Source: a virus
Lineage: Duplodnaviria; Caudoviricetes
DNA: 28,432 nt
Virus record (IMG/VR): IMGVR_UViG_3300005529_000083
Coordinates: 1-28,432 of that record
Reading direction: 5' to 3' (one strand)
Shown here one piece after another: positions 22,841-28,432 of the stretch. Made by a program: the position numbers and the translations under genes. Within the stretch, counting starts at the first letter, position 1, and the number at the start of each line of letters is the position of its first letter. The notes under the pieces are model-generated. The model saw nothing but the letters and a program-made list of their open reading frames with translations, had not been told where the DNA came from and did no database searches.

Positions 22841-25635
22841 TTCGCCTCCGAGCGCTCGATAGTCAATCCTTCGAGCCCCGGTACACTATCATTCATCGAC
22901 AAGGGACGGAATGGGTTGATAAGGTAACGTTGCGTTGGCTTATCGAGACTCTCCGAAGGAACTCCCTGATTGCCAACGGTTCCGAGAACCGATTTCAACC
23001 CACGATAATTACCGCCCCATTCATTATCGTAATTGCTCCGCACATCGCCCACGTCTAAAAGGCGTCCTCCCAACCCCTCCCCGCTATCGTCATCCATTCT
23101 CTGGGAGAGAGGGAGGAGAATCCCGTTCGCTGGTCCCGGTTGTCCGCCTGTATGGGGGACGATACCGGCAAAGTCATTCTTCTTCTGACTCTTCCGTCTG
23201 TTTGTCGAGCCAATCGCTGATTGCTTGCGCTTCGTCGTCACCACCGGAGAACTTATCGTTTGGCTTCTCTTCTTCGCGGTCGTCTTTCCCTTCCATTCGA
23301 CTTCCTCTAAATAAATGGTTGTGATAGCCTTCGTCGGAAACGAAGGATGTTCGTAGTTCGTATCTTCTATTTTAACCGGGCGGTAGCGGGTCTTGCTCGA
23401 TTGAATGACTTCGTTCTCACCTGAAATAGAAGTAACACTTTCGACGTACACCCCGCTCTTGGCTTTGATTTTGAAAACAATCGGCTTTTGGTAACTTCCC
23501 GCTTGAGCAAAAGTACCGATGGCAACTCCGGGCTTAACAGTGGTTGAGGTAATGCTCGGCATGGTGTACTCTTTGCCGGAATCCATTGCCTTGCGCACGC
23601 TCTCCAAAACCCTTTCGGCTGATTCATGGGAGAGCTTCATCCCCCGGTAAACATCCACGGGTTCCTCGAAATCGGGAGCTTTTTCAAGGGCACTTTCTAA
23701 CTGGGTCATCAGGTTTTTATGGTAGGTATCCTCGACACACTCGAAGTTAGGAGGGCAACTCCGCATCTTCTTGTTTAGGTCTGCATAAGAGGAACCTGTA
23801 TAGTCTCTAATCGCTTTCATCTGGTAAGAGTTAAGTGTACTTAGATACTTTTTCGATTGTCTTTCTACATGCTTGGGAACCTGAACCCCTTGAGTGTTAA
23901 TCGTCTCTCCGCTAGATTGAACGGGTGGAGACATGCCAGGTTCATAGTTGATAACTTTTGGCTCATTACCCATCTCTTCGTCCGTACTTTCCTCTTGCTC
24001 GGGCTCCTCTTCTTCCTCCTTATCCATGTCTGCATCTTCGTCGGATAAGTAAGGTTGTTTATCGAGAACTTTACTCACGGCGTCTTGTAGCTGTTGTGAG
24101 AAGTCGGTTCCTGCTAGTATGTCTTTGAGAATCTGCCGACCTTCCTTCGTGTTAGGAAGGAGAGACTCTTTGACTCGCTTGGCATCGTTCGTTAGTCCGG
24201 CCGCTTCGAGCGCAGAAACGCCCGCAGCAAGGAACTTTTGTTGCTCTGCCTTCTTTGCTTCCGGGGTTGTAGGGTTGGGCGGTTTCTGCTTCGGCTCGGG
24301 TTGAGTAGCTGTCTCCGTCTTGTTCGAGACTCCCATCATCGCTTGTACGAACTCTGATTTCGTTTTGGCAAGCTCTTGAATAGCTGCCATAGCTTTAGGA
24401 TTCTTCGGTAGCATCCCCATCTTGAAGTTTTCGGCGTCTCCTTCTAGTCCCATGTTTTTGAGCTTGTCGTAAGCCTCTTCTACGAATTGGCCGTATTGCT
24501 GGCTTTCCTCTTCATGACTTGTTGGCTCTTTAGGACTCTCGGGCTCCTTCGGTTTGTCTTCTGTCTTGGGGAGCTTACTCAACGGCTTGTTCGTCATGCT
24601 CTCCGGGCCAGCAGTGATGACACCATTCTCTAGGAACACATGAGTACCGGATGGGTCTAACGTAATCCAGCCGCCTGTTTTAGGGGCGTCTTTGCGGTAG
24701 GTCTTTTGTCGACGTTGGAACGAGTTCACCCACTCGACTACGCGAGAGGGGGTAACAGTCTCCACGTCGGGAAGAGACTTCATGAAATCGACAGAAGGGC
24801 GAAGCTCGCGGTAGAGCGTCTCCGCCTTCTCACGTCTCGCGTTGTAACCGTCTTTCTGGAGCTTGCCCTCTTCGGCATCGCGTTGGAGACGTTGGCGGAC
24901 GACAGTAGACTCATCTGCGTCGAGAACGATGATTGTATGGCCCCGCAGCGTACCCGGAGCCACGAGGAATTGGCATCCTTCAAGGATAGAAGGGGTCTTT
25001 CGCTTGAGAGCCCGACGAACGAGCTTCTTCAAGAGCTTGCGATAACGATGATAGGCTTTTGTCCCCGGCTCGTAGCGCTCGGGATGGTCGATAATATCCT
25101 CCGAACCCATCCATAGCTCGTCTTTATCTACCTTCCATACCGGACGACCAGTTACTTTCGACAGGAGCTTGCTCGTGAAAGTCTTACCTACTCCTGAAGG
25201 CCCCGTGAGGATGATATGCTTCACTCGCGGAGCTTTTGTCTCTCGTCCTTTACCGATGCGCTCTTCAATCTGCTGCTCAATCTCTTCCCACGAGACGTTA
25301 GCATCCAAGCCCCGGTCATCAATGTACAGGTCTGCCGTAATCTTGCGAGAATCGGTCGGTTGATAGTCGTTGTGGTTGATTTCATCGTAAGGGATACGGT
25401 ACTCATCCAACCAATCCGCCACATCGGCCAAGTCATCCCGTGCGGTCCAAATGACGAGACGATAGCCCCGGTCCCAAAGGCGTTCCAGAGCTTCCCTCGC
25501 TCCCTCGCGGGGCTCAGTCTCTTCGAGAACGTACTCATGATGGTATTGAGCAATTGTTCCGTCGAAGTCGATAGCCAACGTCAACGGATGGTCTTCCTTC
25601 TTCTTCAATACCGGGAGACGGCTTTTAAGAATCAT
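22798..25635 (-). CDS. multidomain protein: HAD hydrolase + P-loop kinase + R-S-E ADP-ribosyltransferase
   Basis: LAIDFDGTI / IWTAR / K..ADLYIDDR (HAD); IILTGPSGVGKT, ILEG (kinase); AIRDYT..Y..LN..MR, VYRG, SITSTT, GENEVI (ART). Confidence 0.9.
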   Translation of the reverse strand: MILKSRLPVLKKKEDHPLTLAIDFDGTIAQYHHEYVLEETEPREGAREALERLWDRGYRLVIWTARDDLADVADWLDEYRIPYDEINHNDYQPTDSRKITADLYIDDRGLDANVSWEEIEQQIEERIGKGRETKAPRVKHIILTGPSGVGKTFTSKLLSKVTGRPVWKVDKDELWMGSEDIIDHPERYEPGTKAYHRYRKLLKKLVRRALKRKTPSILEGCQFLVAPGTLRGHTIIVLDADESTVVRQRLQRDAEEGKLQKDGYNARREKAETLYRELRPSVDFMKSLPDVETVTPSRVVEWVNSFQRRQKTYRKDAPKTGGWITLDPSGTHVFLENGVITAGPESMTNKPLSKLPKTEDKPKEPESPKEPTSHEEESQQYGQFVEEAYDKLKNMGLEGDAENFKMGMLPKNPKAMAAIQELAKTKSEFVQAMMGVSNKTETATQPEPKQKPPNPTTPEAKKAEQQKFLAAGVSALEAAGLTNDAKRVKESLLPNTKEGRQILKDILAGTDFSQQLQDAVSKVLDKQPYLSDEDADMDKEEEEEPEQEESTDEEMGNEPKVINYEPGMSPPVQSSGETINTQGVQVPKHVERQSKKYLSTLNSYQMKAIRDYTGSSYADLNKKMRSCPPNFECVEDTYHKNLMTQLESALEKAPDFEEPVDVYRGMKLSHESAERVLESVRKAMDSGKEYTMPSITSTTVKPGVAIGTFAQAGSYQKPIVFKIKAKSGVYVESVTSISGENEVIQSSKTRYRPVKIEDTNYEHPSFPTKAITTIYLEEVEWKGKTTAKKRSQTISSPVVTTKRKQSAIGSTNRRKSQKKNDFAGIVPHTGGQPGPANGILLPLSQRMDDDSGEGLGGRLLDVGDVRSNYDNEWGGNYRGLKSVLGTVGNQGVPSESLDKPTQRYLINPFRPLSMNDSVPGLEGLTIERSEAKCPCGLKSKLGKVL
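23174..23296 (-). CDS. nested out-of-frame acidic 40-aa ORF, candidate ART immunity/partner
   Basis: GAGG RBS inside the LEEV codons; MEGKDDREEEKPNDKFSGGDDEAQAISDWLDKQTEESEEE. Confidence 0.6.
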   Translation of the reverse strand: MEGKDDREEEKPNDKFSGGDDEAQAISDWLDKQTEESEEE

Positions 25636-25641
25636 GGGCGA

Positions 25642-26268
25642 TTACCAACGGTTAGTGACAGAAGCAGAAGAAGCGAGACGATACGCGGATACCAATTGTG
25701 AAACTTTCTCAACGCGGTAGTCATAAAGAGCCAGGATAGCGAGAGCCTTCTCAATCCGGTTAATTATAACTTGGGAAACGCGAATCTGTTGCTCGGCAAT
25801 GGCAATCCTCGACTCGGTAAGAATACTCAAAATGTCCTCTGCCCCGCTCTTGGGGAGGAAGCGTCCTTTGTGTTTGTGCAACTGTTTGAGGAGCTTCGTC
25901 GTCCGGGTAATGATTTTGTTGTGTTCGGCTTTCGCATGGAGAATTCCTTTCTTCATCAGGTCCACAATGTCACACTGTTCTACGGAGCTACCCTGTTCGT
26001 CCACCTGGACGGTAATCGCGTAGATTGCATCCGAGAGAATTTGCAGTACCGCCCCTTGCTCGGGGTCTCCATTCGCATTCGCCTTGCCCGTTATTTCGTC
26101 ATACGCCTCTTGTACTTCCTTGAACTTCTCCTCCGCTTCGAGATTGCCGGCGTTGCGGTCGGGATGGTGGAGACGGGCAAGGGCTCGATACTGCTTCTTT
26201 ACCCTCTCGGGAGGAGTGGTTGCTTCGACGCCGAGAACTTCATATGCGGGCCGCTTCTTACGTGGCAT
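25642..26268 (-). CDS. J-domain (DnaJ-like) protein
   Basis: YEVLGV...[17 protein letters not shown]...[14 protein letters not shown] with intact HPD; helical C-terminus. Confidence 0.9.
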   Translation of the reverse strand: MPRKKRPAYEVLGVEATTPPERVKKQYRALARLHHPDRNAGNLEAEEKFKEVQEAYDEITGKANANGDPEQGAVLQILSDAIYAITVQVDEQGSSVEQCDIVDLMKKGILHAKAEHNKIITRTTKLLKQLHKHKGRFLPKSGAEDILSILTESRIAIAEQQIRVSQVIINRIEKALAILALYDYRVEKVSQLVSAYRLASSASVTNRW

Positions 26269-26270
26269 GG

Positions 26271-26462
26271 CTAACCTTCACGTTGGGGAGGAAGATGAAC
26301 GAGAATCTTATCCAAGATTGTACCATCGTCCTCTTGAATCACCGCATATTGAGCGTGCAATATATCCTTGTCTTGCTGAGAGAGGAGCCGAGCCGAGAGA
26401 AAGCCCGTCAGAATCGAATTAATGTGGTCCAAAAGGTACTTGCGGAGAGATTCACGGGTCAT
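26271..26462 (-). CDS. small hypothetical protein
   Basis: 63 aa; AGGAG RBS. Confidence 0.6.
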   Translation of the reverse strand: MTRESLRKYLLDHINSILTGFLSARLLSQQDKDILHAQYAVIQEDDGTILDKILVHLPPQREG

Positions 26463-26473
26463 GAGGGATTCTC

Positions 26474-26761
26474 CTAAAAGTTCCAGTCCGCTTTGAGTGG
26501 TTTCGCCGTCGTCTTGGCTCCTACCGGGATGTCCAACCGAGCCGATTCAAAGCGATACTTTCCTTGCTCGAAGCGCTTGTAATAGTTATTTACATGGGCT
26601 CTATGCCAACCTTCCCCGCTACCGGGGATACAGTAGACCATCCCTGATACAGAGGGGACTACAAACCCGTCCGGTTCAACCGTACAAGTGATAGGTAGGT
26701 GGTAGCCGTCATGCGGACCACCAAAAAGCTCAACCGTTGTTTCCGCTGGTTTGTCCTGCAT
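26474..26761 (-). CDS. hypothetical protein
   Basis: Start at MQDKPAE (AAGGAG RBS); ELFGGPHDG motif. Confidence 0.6.
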   Translation of the reverse strand: MQDKPAETTVELFGGPHDGYHLPITCTVEPDGFVVPSVSGMVYCIPGSGEGWHRAHVNNYYKRFEQGKYRFESARLDIPVGAKTTAKPLKADWNF

Positions 26762-26960
26762 CGGTCGTTGGCTCCTTCGGGCGGAATGATTCGAGCTTGC
26801 GAGCTTCTTCCTCAGAACGGATAACATCGTCCACAACACAATGACGGTTGTTATCTTCCGCATTGACATAAGTAAACTTCTTTCGGTTACGCCAGTTCCC
26901 ATCTGGCTCTTTGGTCCAGCCGGCAGCTTTGAGTATATCTTCCCACTTCGTCTTGGCCAT
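26730..26960 (-). CDS. small hypothetical protein
   Basis: 76 aa; AGGTG RBS; fits gene packing. Confidence 0.6.
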   Translation of the reverse strand: MAKTKWEDILKAAGWTKEPDGNWRNRKKFTYVNAEDNNRHCVVDDVIRSEEEARKLESFRPKEPTTDAGQTSGNNG

Positions 26961-26967
26961 GCTACAC

Positions 26968-27279
26968 CTAGAGGGTTGCGAGGAACTCTTCTTCGTCTTC
27001 TTCTTGCTGCAAACGAACTTGTTCCGTCTGCCATTCTAACACATCTTGTGGAGTTTGGAGATTTCCACGAGGGAAAAGGAATTCAGGAGGGAGATTCTGT
27101 CCCGGTTTGACATAACCCGGTGGAACAATGTAACCCCCTCGTTTCCCGTCTACCGTAGTCATTCCCTGAGAAAGAATGACAGGAGCGATTACAACGGGCG
27201 GGGGCGGAATGACTCCGATACCGCGTGCGAAGAGACGAGGGGCAAACATTCGCGGAGCGAAGAGCCGATTCGGGAACAT
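26968..27279 (-). CDS. small protein with N-terminal FAPR pentapeptide repeats and acidic tail
   Basis: MFPNRLFAPRMFAPRLFARG; GGYIVPP; QQEEDEEEF. Confidence 0.7.
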   Translation of the reverse strand: MFPNRLFAPRMFAPRLFARGIGVIPPPPVVIAPVILSQGMTTVDGKRGGYIVPPGYVKPGQNLPPEFLFPRGNLQTPQDVLEWQTEQVRLQQEEDEEEFLATL

Positions 27280-27300
27280 ACTCTCGGTTCCGTGGTTTGC

Positions 27301-28395
27301 TTAGGGGAGATTGAAAGCAACAGCCGTGCGGTTGTCGTTTGTATCTACCGTGACTGTGAGACGATTGGTAGCAACTCCGGCTCCAGCCGTGGTAATGGTG
27401 GTTGTTTGGGCTCCGGCTAGAACTCCTGCTACAGCGCTAGCAATGACTGAGAGAGATTGACGGGCATTCAATCCGACTTCAACCACTACCGCATCGAGAC
27501 CCGAAGCAACAAGGGCTGCATTTACCGTAGTTGCCACACTGTTGACAGAACCAAGTACATTTCCGCCCACATTGCCGGTAACACTCGCTACCGCTCCCCC
27601 GGCATAGGTACTGCGGGAAGAGATTGCCGCATCAATGTCGAGCTTGAGCAAAGCTCCGATACTCCCAGCTGTACCAAAATCCACACTAGCGAGTAAATCT
27701 TGCCAAATGGCGGTTGCAATTGCTCCCGTAGAAGGAGGAGACGTATAAGACGAAGCGAGTAACCAATCACCCTTGCCGTTGAGCGCTCCCGCATTGATTC
27801 CCGCTGCGGTAAGCCAGTTAGCCGGAATACTTGGAAGGTTCGTCAACGTTGTAACAGTGCTAACGGTCCCCGTGATATTCACTGTAGTAGCTGCATTCGT
27901 TCCCGCGATGAACAAACCTCCGGCCGCACCGGGAACAACACCCGAAGTATAGAGACTTTTACCAATACTATTGGCAACGGTAAAATCGCCCGCCGTGGTA
28001 TCCGTCCAAAGAGTTGTGGCGATAACTGCTGCGGTGGGAACGGCGGCGGTAATGCTTGCCTTTTGTGTTGTGGTAAAATCGCCAGAGGTTGTGAGGATGA
28101 CGAGAACCAAATCGGCCCACGGCTTCGGCGAAGTCTGCGAGATAAAAGCAATCGTTACAATGTCCGCCGTCATCTCTGTAGCGGATAGAGAGACACTAAC
28201 CCGGACTCCCGCTGCGGGAACAACGGTTGGCAAGGTCGCCAGGTTAACGAAACCGCCCCCGTCTTTGTCAACCTTGACATCCCCCGCGTTGATTGTTGGA
28301 TTCGCCAGGAACGAGCCAGGGTTGGCATTATCTTGGAGCACCACAGCGGTTTGGAACGCTTGGGCCTTAACTGCCGGGTCATAAGGACCAGCCAT
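27301..28395 (-). CDS. Ala/Thr/Gly-rich probable virion appendage protein with internal repeats
   Basis: 364 aa; two IAT..W.D....DF..A.SIG..L repeats; AAGG RBS. Confidence 0.7.
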   Translation of the reverse strand: MAGPYDPAVKAQAFQTAVVLQDNANPGSFLANPTINAGDVKVDKDGGGFVNLATLPTVVPAAGVRVSVSLSATEMTADIVTIAFISQTSPKPWADLVLVILTTSGDFTTTQKASITAAVPTAAVIATTLWTDTTAGDFTVANSIGKSLYTSGVVPGAAGGLFIAGTNAATTVNITGTVSTVTTLTNLPSIPANWLTAAGINAGALNGKGDWLLASSYTSPPSTGAIATAIWQDLLASVDFGTAGSIGALLKLDIDAAISSRSTYAGGAVASVTGNVGGNVLGSVNSVATTVNAALVASGLDAVVVEVGLNARQSLSVIASAVAGVLAGAQTTTITTAGAGVATNRLTVTVDTNDNRTAVAFNLP

Positions 28396-28432
28396 TGAAA
28401 GACCTTTCCTAGAAGCTCAAGATTGCACAAAA

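Noticed and set aside
9540-26960. Shared L...GW......W pattern in the 139-aa (9540-9959) and 76-aa (26730-26960) proteins
   Set aside because: Too short and generic to claim homology without a search
26762-27034. N-terminal extension of the 186-aa ORF
   Set aside because: Overlaps two better-supported genes; RBS supports a start at 26761
1-28432. Plus-strand ORFs in the track
   Set aside because: All lie antisense to well-supported, tightly packed minus-strand genes and show no recognisable motifs
1-28432. CRISPR array, tRNA, rRNA, integrase/att site, terminase, portal
   Set aside because: No spaced direct repeats, cloverleaf-like intergenic sequence or corresponding protein motifs seen; intergenic gaps are short

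Overview
The whole window is the virion morphogenesis region of a tailed dsDNA phage or prophage with an HK97-type head, transcribed entirely on the minus strand. In transcription order it encodes an Ala/Thr/Gly-rich repeat protein, small ORFs and a J-domain (DnaJ-like) protein. Next come a 945-aa HAD + P-loop kinase + ADP-ribosyltransferase fusion, a planctomycete-type exported beta-rich protein and a MuF/SPP1 gp7-like head protein. The head module has a 992-aa prohead protease with a long modular tail, a DUF2292-like peptide with a terminator-like leader, two HK97-fold capsid paralogues, a NUMOD4-HNH endonuclease and a probable capsid accessory protein. After these come a glycosyltransferase-methyltransferase fusion, a membrane/secreted-protein cassette containing a papain-like peptidase (possible lysis module), and neck, tail terminator and tail tube genes. 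Terminase, portal and integrase are not in the window. The RLGLEALETRLTP motif points to a Planctomycetota host. The most unusual signals are the HAD-kinase-ART polyprotein with a hidden acidic 40-aa ORF overprinted right after the ART domain, the capsid N-arm GGY[LI][VI] motif recurring in non-capsid proteins, an HNH gene that appears to have captured the start of the downstream gene (leaving it with ATC), and an attenuator-like leader before the capsid gene. All calls come from reading motifs by eye; no searches were run.
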